Assembly (NCBI RefSeq): GCF_009914755.1
Contig: NC_060931.1
Length of the DNA: 64,000 bases
Origin: the human T2T-CHM13v2.0 reference genome, Homo sapiens
Strand: one strand, 5' to 3'
Each line of letters starts with the position of its first letter. Position 1 is the first letter of the stretch. A program made the position numbers and the translations under genes. Shown in pieces: positions 39,187-52,299 of the stretch. The notes under the pieces were generated by a model that had not been told where the DNA came from, did no database searches, and saw only the letters and a list, made by a program, of their open reading frames with translations.

Positions 39187-39755
39187 TGGATTAGTTTCCT
39201 GTTTTTGCCATAATAAATTACCACAAATTGACCAGTTTAAAACAACACTCATTTATCATTTCCCAGTTTTGTAGGTCATAAGTCTAGGTAAGGTATGGCT
39301 GCACTAAGCCTCTGCCCTCTCACAAGGCCAAAATCAAGGTGCTGGTAGGGCTGTCTATGTTCCTTTCTGGAATCTCTGAGGATGAGTCTTCTTCCAAACT
39401 TACTAGAATTGCCTGAGTTCAGTTTCTTTGATTGTCGGATGGAAGCCTCCATCTTCTGCCAGCTCTTGGCCAGGGGCTGGTCTTTGCCCATGAGGCTGCT
39501 CACATCCCTTCGTGTTTTCCATGTGACCCTGTCCAGCAAGAGCAGCTTGAGAGCCATTCAAGGGAATCTTTTACTTCCCTTCTGCTACATCTTTCTGCTT
39601 TAAGAGATCATGTGATTAGATTGGGGCCAGCCAAGTAATCCAGAGTAAGCTCCCTACTACATTTGAAAGTACCTTTTGCTTTGTAAAGTAACAGATTCAT
39701 GGGTTCCAGGGATCCGGAACATGGACATCTTTTGGGGGCCACTCTGCCTACCACA
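39187..39755 (-). mobile_element. MaLR solo LTR (MLT1E/D-like), complete
   Basis: TG...CA ends with perfect 5-bp TSD GTGAG (39182-39186, 39756-39760). Confidence 0.9.
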
Positions 39756-42479
39756 GTGAGCCTGTTAGTTCTCATGTATACAAACTTACTCTTTCTATCT
39801 GTTTAGCACTACAGTGGATACCCAGACCATAAGCGTCATAGTCCTGACACACGAGTTGGTAAAAAACTAACTGGGAACTTGTGATAAGCACTTATGTTAG
39901 TGTTTTAGGAGTTTAAAGGAAAGAAAAATTAGTGAAGATGGAAAATAGCAAAGGCCTTATAGAGGAGGAAGCACGTGAATTTCGCCCTTGAAGACTACTG
40001 TGGATTCGATAGTCTAATGATTGAGGAGTTACAGAAGTGGGGGAAGAACTTGATCAACTTGAAGAAATAGGATGTAGGATTGGGCCTGATGTGTTTAATG
40101 TGATAGCAGAGAGGCGATATTAATTAGGAGGAAGTAGTAAGGAATAAAATATACAGTTGTACAAGGTTTGGAGAGGCATGCAGTGGAATTTCAATTTGAA
40201 TTCCTGAAAAGGGATTTTATTTCACCAAGATTTGAGCGAGATAGTAATATAGGAAATAAGTGTTTCATAAAGATGAGTCTGGGAGTGATCTGCAGGACAG
40301 AGAGAAGGTGGAGAAGATGGAGTTAGCCAGGTGAGCATACGATATGGGGTTTGGGCCACCACAATCAGGCATCTTCTTATTTAGATCATCTTAAATCTTG
40401 ACTTCATAGGATTGTTACCATTTCAAAACAAAGGCTTTAAGTGACTACTTCATTAACTCCTTCATTCACCTTACTATCTTTTGGTTTTATTGTATACAAT
40501 AACTTTTTTTTTTGAGGCCCTGGTGTTAATCAGAATGATGCATCTTTCTCCTCTGTCAGGCTTTCAGTGCTTCACATACTTTTCAGATAGTCTTCAGAAC
40601 TCCTTCAGGACAGAGAGAACTGCTTTTCCTATATGAATATAGAGAGAGCTAAAAATTCAGAAATTTGAAGTGATTATATGAGGATCACCCAGCATGTCAG
40701 TGTCTCCAGTAGAAGTGAAATTCCAGTCTTTAATTCGGAGACAATGCCCAATCACTGTGGCTACTCTTAGAAACAATTTAAGAGAATCTTCAGACCCACA
40801 GCTTAAAATAACTCACGTACATGGCATAAAATAAATACTTGGGAGTTCCTTGGATGCAGGGTGTTTGTCTTGATTATCTTGGGTGCCCCTTCAGCTTATT
40901 ATGGGTCCTGGCTCATAGAAGGAGCCCTGAGATGTTTATTAAATCAGGGATTGATGATTGGGACCACCTGGGCTGACCTTTGAACGACTTCTTACTTCCT
41001 ATAGTCTTCAAAACTGCCAGAGGCTGGGGGGATAGTTGACAAACCGGGGGACGTGCTATCCTAATCTGCAGAGGTGCTATCCTAAATCACTGACCAATTC
41101 CAGCTTTAAGGTTCACAGAACCTTTTGAAAAACATGATCTGGTTTTAAAATTGTTTCCGTGTTGATCCATTTTGATGGGGGGTGAGGTTCGCTATTCACA
41201 TCAGTGAGTATGGCCAGCCTTTGTCTGCGGAGATCTGATTAGTTTGTTAAATTCAAAGTAGCATTTTAGACATGATTTCAGTAAAGGTTAGGGGCACTCT
41301 TTGGCTCTTAAATTTTATTTCAAAGTAAGAGTTCCCTAAGGGCTAGTTTGACTTATTTAATTAAACTGTACAGGACTTGGCTAATAGTTTTATAAAAACC
41401 CTCTTCAAGGCAAAGTTGTAATTTAATACAAAATCGTAAATTGGTAAACCTGTAACATTTGTATCATGAAACAGGTGATGTAACTGAAGATTAAATAAAT
41501 GTAAAAAATTTAGATATTGCTTTTGAATTGGAAATGGCAATATTTGTATATTTTTGACAAAGCTTGAAGGAGCAAAATCTCATGATAAACACTATATGCA
41601 ATTGACCTGAATGATGTAATGTTAAAGAGCCACTGCAGAAGCATTTGCAAATCATAAATTAAAGAGCTCTTTCTCAATTAACAGTTACAGATGTCTTCTC
41701 AGTGCAGGGAAGTGTGCTAGGGACTGCATCCTAGAGATACAGTCTGTGCTGGCATAGGGCTTCTAACCTAGTGGAGGTGACACAGATACAGGATGTAGTT
41801 TCCAAAGTAGTCTACCACGGGTCCAGCGAGAGCATGCAAACATTATTAACACAGGGTAAGTTACCACTGAGTGCTAGATTAGTGGATTAAAATGACCTTT
41901 CTACCCCTCTCTGCCTGGTGAACGGCTGCTAATCTTTCAATGTTAGCTAAAGCTCCTAAGACTCCTGTAGACGGTCTTTTTCGACCCCATACAGCCTTTA
42001 TTCTCTGCGGTACTCAATGTGCGCTGCTTTCCAAGCATTTGTGATACCTCAATGGGCATAGTCTACCAGAATGAGTGCAGGATGGGGAAGTCTGGGACTC
42101 CCAGCCTCCCAGAGCACAAGAAAAACTTGTAACTGTCAGAAATCAGAATTAATCGATTAATAATAGCAAATATTAAGTAACAAATATTAAGGTTAATTTT
42201 TTAAATATTCTACCAGCCAATTTAGTCTCTTTGTTCTAATTTCATCTTCACCAAGCAGTCTTATGGTTCTACATTTGGTTTTCTACCCCCTTATGTGGCA
42301 AAAATATTGCTGTGATTGTGGTTATAGCCCCTGCTGTCAGCTTGAGACTTGATGTCTGTACATTCTCCTTTGAGTCTGGATCCTTGATCCTGGCCTGTGA
42401 TTCCATCTCAGGAGTTAGAAGCCTGTGGTGCCTGGCCTGAGTCAGCTCATTAGCTTCATTGACAACATTGGTTCGTTCA

Positions 42480-43345
42480 ACAAATATTGCCTGAGAAGAA
42501 GACATTTAAGCAAAGACCTGCAGGAAGGAAGGGAGTTAACTAAGTGGATATGTGGGGCAAGAACTTCCCAGAATGAAGAAACACCTGCATTAATTGCTTG
42601 AGGTATGAGAGGTGAGGTCAGGGGCACCAGTTTGTATAGGGCTTTCTAAAACATTATTTGGAGTCAGATGACAAGCTATAGAGGATGCTGAGTCAAGGTG
42701 GAAACAACAAAATCCTACTTAGGTTTTAACAAAATTACTGTGGTTGCGGTGTTGAGAATAGTGAGATGGTGGCAAGGATGGAAGCGGGGAGATCAATTAG
42801 GGGGCTGTTTAAATGATCCAAACAAAAGATAATGAGGTAATTGGATCAGGTGATAGCAGTACAGATGGCAGGAAGTATAGGATTGGGGAATATATTTTAA
42901 AGGCTATGCCAAACAGGCCTTACTGACAGATGGGTTATGGAGTGTGTGTGTGTATGTGCGCGCTCATGTACACGTGTACATGTACCTGTAAATAAAGGAG
43001 AGAAAGAACAGACAAAGGATAACCCCAACGTTTTTAGTTGAGAAATTGTGTTTTCACACACACTGAGATGGGGAAACTGAGAGCAGCATGTTTGATAGTC
43101 AACGTTAGGAGCTCACCTTTAGACATGTTCACTTTGAGAAGTCTGTTAGGTAGCCAGAAGGAACTGTTGCACAGGCATTTCGATGTACAAATCTGGAGTT
43201 ATACTCTGTAGAGGTCCAGATTAGAAAAAAAATTGGAGGGTCATCAATCTAACAAAAGGTTTAAAAACTGTGGGAATGTACTGGGTGCAGTGAGTCACAT
43301 CTGTAATCCCAGCAGAAATGAAGATCATGCTGTAAGAGAGTGGGA
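42480..43345 (-). mobile_element. L2
   Basis: GACATTTAAGCAAAGACCTG..GAGATCAATTAGGGGGCTGTT..TGAGATGGGGAAACT..TTAGACATGTT. Confidence 0.8.
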
Positions 43346-43348
43346 TTA

Positions 43349-43654
43349 CAATTGACCTCCCCATGTCTCAGGTTCCACATGCACAGATTCAACCAATTGT
43401 GGATCAGAAATAGGTGGAAAAAAACCAATACAACAATAGAAATAATACAAGTAAAAAAATATAACTATTTACGTAGCATTTACACTGTATTAGGTACTAT
43501 AAGTAACCCAGTGATGATTGGAAGTGTACAGGAGGATGTGCATGGGTTATTTGTAAATACTATGCCATTTCCTATCTGGGACTTGAGCATCTGAGGTTTT
43601 GGGTATTCTTGGTGGGCCCTGGAACCAATGCCCGTGGATCCCAAGGGATGACTG
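43349..43654 (-). mobile_element. MER2 (Tigger MITE)
   Basis: TA-flanked; TAGCATTTACACTGTATTAGGTA..GGAGGATGTGCATGGGTTAT..CTGGAACCAAT..GGGATGACTG. Confidence 0.9.
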
Positions 43655-44365
43655 TATGCCTGTACGTGATGATGGGCCTCTCTCCATGAATTTAAGTCAC
43701 CAGGACTGGGTTTGGGGAGTGTCAGCTCATTTTCTGCCTGTTTATCAGCAGACACAGATGGGGTAGTTTTCTCACTTGCACCTACGGAAAATCCTCCTTG
43801 CTCCTAGGGTTGTTTGACTCAGTGTCTCCCTTTTCTTGTGTCTGGGAGGTTGATGGCATAGTACATTTACTCCCCAAGTAGTCTGTGAGTGTGGTTGGTT
43901 AAGGTGGCTGAACTGAACTCGGCATCTCCCAGCACCACCAACCTGGAAAGTGTTTTTGGTAGGTGCTGTGTGTACAACATCCTTCTGATTGCAAAGGCCT
44001 GTACTCTAGCATTAGGTCGGGTTAATTCCTGTCAGGTCTTTTTTTTCTCTTAGAGCCCCATTTCTAATGAAGGGATTAATTTGGCAGGTGATATCAACTT
44101 GCAAGCCAAATTTAGAGTTGATTTTCCAAATGACTTCTCCCAAATGCCCTATTATTTCCTGTCTCCATTGTAAAATATTTCTTCTTCCTGGAATTCTCTA
44201 ACTCCCTCTTCTTTGAGAAATAAAAAAATATCAATTTTAGTGTAATAATTTGTCTTATTTAATTTTGTTACTTAAATATCATTCACATTTTACCAAGCAC
44301 TTAAAATTTGGATAGGAATAGAGATTGAGATAATATAGCTCTACTCTCAGGTAATTCACATTGTG

Positions 44366-44664
44366 GGCCAGGCGCCGTGGCTCACACCTGTAATCTTAGC
44401 ACTTTGGGAGGCTGAGGCAGGTGGAATCACCTGAGGTCGGGAGTTTGAGACCAGCCTAACCAACATGCAGAAACCCTGTCTCTACTAAAAATACAAAATT
44501 AGCGGGGTGTGATGGTGCATGCCGGTAATCCCAGCTATTCAGGAGCTGAGGCAGGAGAATTGCTTGAACCCAGGAGGTGGAGGTTGCTGTGAGCCGAGAT
44601 CGCATCACTGAACTCCAGCCTGGGAGACAGAGCGAGACTCCGTCGCAAAAAAAGAAAAAAAAAA
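44366..44664 (+). mobile_element. AluSp/Sx-like
   Basis: GAGGTCGGGAGTT, AAAATACAAAATTAGC; TSD AATTCACATTGTG/AAATCACACTGTG. Confidence 0.93.
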
Positions 44665-45579
44665 ATCACACTGTGACCTTTATAGGATATCTTTTTACTG
44701 TCCAGTTTTACATATAATTTACCATGGATTTTTTAATTAGGATACCTATTTTATTGTAATCTGGCAATATTTTTCACATATTGGAGATAATTTTTGAAGT
44801 CAGTTCTTTGTCTATGATATATTATAACTTCCATTTAATAATCATTGTTTTTAGATTGGAATTGTGTCAGCTCCCTTTCTATAACATATAGTTTCCATGT
44901 ATAAAGTAATCTGAGTATATATCTTATGTGTGAGTGTGTCTCTGAATTTTTTTCATTGCAGATAGTTTGGTGGAATTCTATTTTTAGTTATGTTTTTTCT
45001 CCATCACTTTGCTTGGGAACGCTGGATGAAGTGGTTACTTTCATTTCTCTTTTTCACCATCATGATTGTTTCCTGCAGTCCCATTTATTTTTGTCAAGTT
45101 TTTCTTCATGCCATCAATCTGTCTCATTTGTGTATCTGTTCTGTTTCTTTTTCTTTTTTCACAGCTGCGAAGAGCCATGGATGGTCTTTTATTTGGTTGG
45201 TTTTCATTCCTGATGCATATGCAAACCACTAGAGTATGCATTTTTGAATCTTATATATATCTTCCAGATTTAGCTTTATATTATGAAGATATTTGTCATT
45301 TGGGTAGCTGAGAAAGGCTTTTTCCTTGAGACACTCTCTGCTTACCTTTTATAATGTTCAGACAGGAGGTTGTCAGTTAACTTGCTATAAATCTACCTTC
45401 AGCTTCAGTGTGATATAATTATATAAGTTCTATTATTAATGATGCATTTCTGGTTTGGTCTGCTCTTGATAGTGCTAGTGGTCACCAGCCCTGCTATTTT
45501 GGCATTTATAGTGAGCACATATCTTCTGATAATTATATTTCTCTTTTATAAAATGTTTTATATACACATTTCTTTTAAT

Positions 45580-47280
45580 GTGTCAGCATAGCAAATATTT
45601 TCCAAATGTCCACAACGTCTGAGGCATTGTTGTAAGCAATGGGAATGCTATGGTAAATAAGATGCCATATACAAATTACACTCTAGTGTGGGAGAGAGAC
45701 AGCAAGTAAGAAAGACACTTGATAGAGCTGCAGAGTGTTGAGTACTGTGAAGAACACGAAGCGGGATGTGAACGTGGAGATGAAGGCATGTGCTGTGGTC
45801 ATGGAAGGCCTTTTGGGGGAAGTGACTTTCAAGCAGAGACCTGATTGATATGATGCCATGAAGGGCAGTTTAGGGAAGGGAGCAGCAAGTCAAGAGGCCC
45901 TGAGGCTGGAGTGTCTCAGGGCCAGCAAGAAGGTCAGAGTGCCTGGATGATAGTTGGCTAGTGGGTGAGTGGTAGGAGTTGAGGCTGGATCATAGCCAGT
46001 TAGAGGGTGAGTGGTAGGAGATGAGGTTGGATGATAGTCAGCTAGGGGGTGAGTGGTGGGAGGTGAGGTTGGAGGGATAGCCGGTTAGCAGGTGAGTGGT
46101 GGGAGGTGAGGCTGGATGATAGCCAACTAGGGGGTGAGTGGTAGGAGGTAAGGTTGGATGATAGCTAGGGGGTGAGTAGTGGTAGGTGAGGTTGGATCAT
46201 AGCCAGCTAGAGGGTGAATGTTAGGAGGTAAGGTTGGATGATAGTCAGCTAGGGGGTGAGTGGTGGGAGGTGAGGCTGGATGATAGTCAGCTAGAGAGTG
46301 AATGGTAGGAGGTAAGGTTGTATCATGGCCAGCTAGGGGGTGAATGGTAGGAGGTAAAGTTGGATGATAGCTAGCGGGTGAGTGGTGGGAGGTGAGGCTG
46401 GGTGTCAGTTAGCTAGGGGTTGAGTGGTGGGAAGTAATGTTGGATGATAGTCAGCTAGGGGTTGAGTGGTGGGAGGTGAGGTTGGATCATAGCCAGCTAG
46501 GGGGTGAAGGGTAGGAGGTAAGGTTGGATCATAGCCAGCTATGGGGTGAATGGTAGGAGGTAAGGTTGGATGACAGTCAGCTAGGGGGTGAGTGGTGGGA
46601 GGTGAGGCTGGGTGTCAGTTAGCTAGGGGGTGGGTGGTGGGAGGTAATGTTGGATGATATTCAGCTAGGGGGTGAGTGGTAGGAGGTGAGGTTGGATCAT
46701 AGCCAGCTAGGGGGTGAATGGTAGGAGGTAAGGTTGGATGATCGTCAGCTGGGGGTTGAGTGGTGGGAGGTGAGGCTGGGTGTCAGCTAGGGGGTGAGTG
46801 GTGGGAGGTGAGCCTGGAAAGGAAGCAGAAGTGATCCAGGATCCTAAGGTGTGAGAAAGTGCTTAGATTTTATTGATTTTCTTTTAGGCATAAGAGAAGG
46901 CCATGGAGGATTTTGAGTAGGGTTGGGCTGTAAGCGTGTTTGCATTTATTTACAAAAAGATTACTCTCCTTGCTGTCTGGAGAATCAACCATAGGATTGC
47001 AAGAGAGATCACGTAGGAGATTCTCGTAACAATCTTTGTAAGTGATGAAGGCAGCTTGGATTGTAGGATCACCCTGAAAATGGTGAGAAGTGGCAGGGCT
47101 TGGGTTTTATTTTGAAGGCGTAATACACAGGACTTGATAATGGATTAGATCTGCAGAATGAGGGAAAGAGGTGAACCTACATTTTGCCCTGAGCAATGGG
47201 GTGAATTGTGCTATTTATGAAAAAGTGGAAGACTCAGAGAGAGAGGTAGGTTTGGGGCTGAAAATGAGCCCCATTTGGGC
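45580..47280 (-). mobile_element. L2 hosting an internal minisatellite
   Basis: GGTCATGGAAGGCC..AAGCAGAGACCTGA..GAGGCCCTGAGG before; GCCATGGAGGATTTTGAGTAGGG..AGATTACTCT after. Confidence 0.8.
45944..46818. repeat. Minisatellite/VNTR, 21 units of 42 bp (three 38-bp, one 43-bp)
   Basis: Consensus about TGGATGATAGTCAGCTAGGGGGTGAGTGGTGGGAGGTGAGGT, parsed unit by unit. Confidence 0.97.
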
Positions 47281-47399
47281 TTTTTATGGGCTCTTCCTGA
47301 TCTCCTTCTCTCCCCTTGCTTTTGAGGTATTACCAGCTACAGGGGCTGAAGAAGGAGCAATCAGGCCAGGGTTTAAAGGGGCACTGGGACTGAGCCAGG

Positions 47400-48370
47400 G
47401 AGGTAGCTAGCATGAGTGGTAAGTTGTTTACATGCAGGGGATTGAACAAATAAGTAAATATATTGAGGGTAAAGGGAACTAGGTTTATCATCAACAGATA
47501 AGGGATTTATAAATGTGGAAAGGGGAAAGACTAAAAAGAACCTTGAGGTGTTAGACTAGAATTGGAAGTATTAATGTAAACACATGGTTTTGGAAACATG
47601 TATATATAGGTGATAATATAGAGACACACTCATATACACACCCAGAAGGCCTAGGAGCAGTCAATTACTTATCAGCAGTGAGTTTGCCAACTGCCTAGAT
47701 TCTGGTTTGTAAATTCCATCCTCTACTAAAAGGGAAGGGAACCAAGGCTCCTTGAAGGAATAGTTAATTCCAGGATAAGTACAAAATGACCTTGGAAAAC
47801 TATCTGTGCTAGAAAGTAAGGAAACACTCAGAATGATGGGAGCCTTTCAAGTTACAGGTCCCAGCTTGAAGGGACTCTCACTGGCCAAATTTTGGACAAT
47901 TTGAGCAAGAGAGTAAATGATGGCGATGGATATACATTAAATAAATGGGAGAGAAGCAAAGTTTGTTGTTGTTGTTGTTGTTGTTGTTTACGGTAGAATG
48001 GCTGAGAAAGGAAGGAGTAATGGAGTGAAAAAAATCACCATTTGGCAACCACTGTGGTGGTGGTTGGTTCAAGTGGTAGTTATTAATAGACACTAACGTT
48101 GGTGTGAGGATGTTTGATGAGAAACAGAATATTGATGTAGTCTTGAGATATCTCCCCCAAAACATGTATTAATTACAGAGGGAGAGCTGGTGACCAGGTG
48201 GTCGAGGGGTGGGCTATGCTCACATCACGTGCCTCCCAAGGAGAAATACTGAGATGGGCACCGCATCCTTGCTGACAAAATTGTATTCCTGACGACATCC
48301 CAGCCTGAGTCTGGGTACGAGAAAACACTGACAGACTCTGGTTAGGGGACGTGGCAGAGAGGGACAGGCC
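47400..48370 (+). mobile_element. L1MC4-like 3'UTR, with (TTG)n at 47962-47988
   Basis: ATTGAACAAATAAGTAAATATATTGAGG..CAGCTTGAAGGGACTCTCACTGGCCAAAT..TCACCATTTGGCAACCA. Confidence 0.8.
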
Positions 48371-51300
48371 TGAACTCTTACTATTATGTGATAAGTACCT
48401 TTGTGGATACAAGTCTGTATTTAAGAGTATTCCTTAGAATAGAGTTCTAAGAATGTAGTAACTAGATCAAAGAACAAGAAATTTTAAAGACTCTCAAAAA
48501 GTATAATCAAATTATGTCCCTAAACCTAGCACCAATTTATATCCACACTAGTCATACATAAAAAGGACCCATTATATTAGCTCAAAATAGCAGTGAGTTT
48601 ATTTGCACACATTTTAAAATAAAGATACAATAAACCATAGAGCCTTAGAAACGACCCATTTCAACTTGCCTGAGAGTAGGAATTAGATATTTCTGATGCA
48701 AGAATATCATCTGTGGTATCCTTCACAGATGTTCCTCCCACCCCCCGCATAAACATTTTCAATGAAAGTTTATGGATTTTATGTGTTTCATGGTGGCTAA
48801 ATGATTATTAAAATTTTAGGGCTTCCCAAATTACTAAAGGAAAATTTGTCTTTTGTAATGTTATTAACCTGTGCAATAACCTACAGAAAACATCTACTGA
48901 TAATGGGTTCTCAAAATGTAAGGAGTTGATAGAACTTAAAAATTCACTCATGCTTTGTAAAAGAAAAATATATTGATAGAATGAACAACAGAAGGAGTAA
49001 ATAGCATTTCTGTTGTTTATTTGTGATAACATTAAAAATACTTTCACATAGATAGGCATGTGAAATATATTATGTATTAATATTTCAGAATTATTATGAA
49101 TATGAAGTTAGCTTATGTACATAAATAAGGAAAATGTAGGCCAAGGTAGCTAAATGCAAACACAGAATATCAGCATTCATTTACCTCAGGAGAAGTTACT
49201 AGTGAGTCTTTGAATTTCATCTGTGAAACAATTTGTGTGATAACATATTTTCTGAAAGAATTAATCACTTATTTCCCTATGCATAAAAACATTGTCCACA
49301 AGTATCCATAGGTCAAGTCTAAATATCATTAAAATTTGATTTGCAGTGAGAAGTCTTTATCGTATAGTTGATAACGTCTGTTGAATTTTCATTGATTTGG
49401 AAATGATGTGGCTTGTGTTTGGAATTAAGCTATTAGAATATTCTGTCACTATAACTCTGCTTCATATACCAGTGAAGAAATCATCATTCATTTAAGAGTC
49501 TAACAAGATTTGACTAATATGAACTCTGCTTTGAATTTTGGACATGTTCCTGATTGTCACACCAGAATACCACCCTCAAACTACATAGGGTTTGCAGTTG
49601 ATCTTCAGTGTGGAACTTTTGATAAGTTCACGTTTTTACTTGATCACATCGAGCATATTTGGGGTTGATCTTTATCTGTACGCTATGCTAATGCTTAACA
49701 TAAGTCCTTTATTTACCCTTGGTTTTGTATTGAAATGTTCACGCTTATTTCGACTTAGGTTATTTAGTAGTAAGAAATATGACAGACATTATCTTCATTT
49801 GAAAAATAAGCATTTGAAAATTTAAATTTTTTATTTTCTTAAATTTTGCATATTGAATTTAGCTACCATGTCCTTTGGACTTTTTCACTGAGACCCCAGT
49901 TTTCCCAGCCATATTCCGAGTCCAGCCCAGTAGAGAATGTAGTTTGGTTAGAACATAGTGTGTAAGTAATTAAATTTGTGCCACTACCTAAGTATGTCTC
50001 AGATAGTCAAAAATAAGTGATACAATGTATTCATTATTTGCTATCAGCCATACTATTTTCTCCCACATTAATGTAGGTTATTGATTCCATTATCTATTTT
50101 TGTCGCCTCACCTAGGTAATGACAATAAAGTGATACATGGGAGAGTTTATTCTTAGAAAAGGAATGATTTTGGGTTACTATTTATGATGCTTATCTGAAC
50201 AATGTAAAGTGTTACAGAGTCATATTTTAAATATACAAAGAGTTCATAAGGAATACTTTGCGGTTCAGGTAAAAATAAGCTGTCTAGAAATTAAGTAGGC
50301 TTTTGTTTTAAACTTGATTCATTTATTTGTACTAAAGTAGCAGGTTCAGTAACACACCATTTATCTGGTCATTTTCCAGAATAAGATGGAATTTTCCGGG
50401 TAACTGATCATAAATTAGTTTTCCAGGTAACTGAATCTTAAACTTCAAGGACTGAAATCCTATAAATTTAACTATTGTTGATGGAAATTTTTGTAGAACA
50501 TACTTTCTACCTTCTTACTTTTCTGTATCTTTTCAATCAGAGGGTACTCAATAAAATTTGATCTGTTTTCTGGCTCAGGACTACTGTTTTTTCCACCTCC
50601 AGTACCTCTTCTTTCTCCCTTAATGAGTTTGCTTTTTATTCCCAGTGGCTTGTGAACCCAAAGTTGTTAGGAATTGTTGTTTCTGGTAAGCCAGGATCCA
50701 GGGAGGCTCAGAGTGAGGGTGTAGGGAAGAAAGAGTGTTCTTCAATGTTGGTCTTTTTTATTAGTTGTTATCAGGCATTCACATCTTCCCACTTTGGTTC
50801 TGGCTTTGGCGCTTTGCTCTGGAAGGCTGCTTAATGGGAGGTCACTGACTCCTGGTACGTTAGGTCTCACCTGGTAGCTTTGCCTCCTCTTCATGGTGGA
50901 GTAAATTGAGCCCTGAGAGTATCATGGGAATCACTCAAGCTCACACACACTAAGTAGTGATGGAACCCTGGGTTTAAGACCCAAGTCTTCTGTCTGCAAG
51001 TCTAGTGTTTTCCTACTATAACTGTCATGTTAACTCCAGGTCATTATTAGGAACATAGTTAGTAGTCTTGATAAATAAAGAAGGCTCTGTTATTTCTTAG
51101 TGGGATTCTTGCCTCTCACTTTCTTACCTATGTTGGAAACTAGAGTCATCCTAGACTCCTCTGCGCTCTGCATTCGAAGGGTGACTAAAGCCTTGTCTAG
51201 TTTACAGCCTATGCAGCCTCTAGCATCTTACCTCCTCTGCGTTCTTGTCACATGGCCCTCTTTCAGGCTCTTTTCGTCTTTAGCCCTCTTTCCCTCCTTG

Positions 51301-51479
51301 TTCTCCTCCCTGCCTCTGGACTCATTGTCAAACACACCATGCATCGGCACTCAGAAAAAAGTAGCAAAAACATGGTAGTGGAGAGGAGAGACTGTACAAA
51401 CATGAACAGCTGAAGGGCAGAGAATAAGTACCAATGAGTAGAAAAATCAAAACAGTCCAATTATTCTATCAAATTATAC

Positions 51480-51990
51480 ATGTATTAGATCAGAAAGAAA
51501 ATGATTCCAGCACTGTAGCCAACCTAAACCATGTGATTCAGGTGGAGTTTGGTACAGTGCAAACCTTGAGTGCATGTGGTGTGTAACAGAGACATCTCTC
51601 TTACCACTCTCTGAAGATTAATGTCACTCCTGATAAGACTCTGATTAGAATCCTATTTCCAACATGTGGTGATGCTAAGTAAACAGTACTGACAAGGCTG
51701 AAGGATGTGAGCTCTACTAAGTGAATTGAAAAGTTGGATAAAAAGACCCGCTGATAAAGATGAGAGGACACTGATTACTCATGAAAAGGAAAGACCAAGG
51801 GAGGACTTCCATTTGACTTCAAAATAACATGAATTTTATTATTCTGATAGTGCCACCAAAATAAATCCTATGTATTCTCCAGGCAGTAAGGGCTTATGTT
51901 ATAGGCATTGTTTTAAATGTAAATATTTTTATCAACCGAATATATTTAAGATGTGAAATCAGTTATCCCTATAAGTCTGTAATGAAAGAT
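51480..51990 (+). mobile_element. Ancient CR1/L3 fragment
   Basis: GAAAAGGAAAGACCAAGGGAGGAC..GACTTCAAAATAACATGAA resembles the L3 3' region. Confidence 0.45.
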
Positions 51991-52299
51991 GGCAGTACTG
52001 GGTACTCTGTTTATCCTTAAAATTTAGAAATTCATGTTCTGAGAAGTTTTTTTGGTATTATTTCTTTGATAACTTTCTTCTCTTTTTGTCTTTTATCTCT
52101 TTTAAGAACTCTTGCTAGTTTCCTGTTGAATTTGCTGGATTGATCTTCCTGTTTTCATCTATTTTTCTTTCATCCATCTCTTTGGCTGCTTCCCCCGCCC
52201 CCCATTCCTTGTTTCACGATAATTTTTTCTTAGTTATGTGAATATATTCAATATATTTCCTTTTGCTTTCTTTGTTGCCTGTTTCATCTTCCATTTATT

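Noticed and set aside
46000-46800. PRDM9 13-mer (CCNCCNTNNCCNC) in the VNTR
   Set aside because: The units I checked do not match at the central T; only generically C-rich on -
45944-46818. CRISPR-like or coding repeat interpretation
   Set aside because: No unique spacers, eukaryotic context, no ORF in the track; it is a minisatellite
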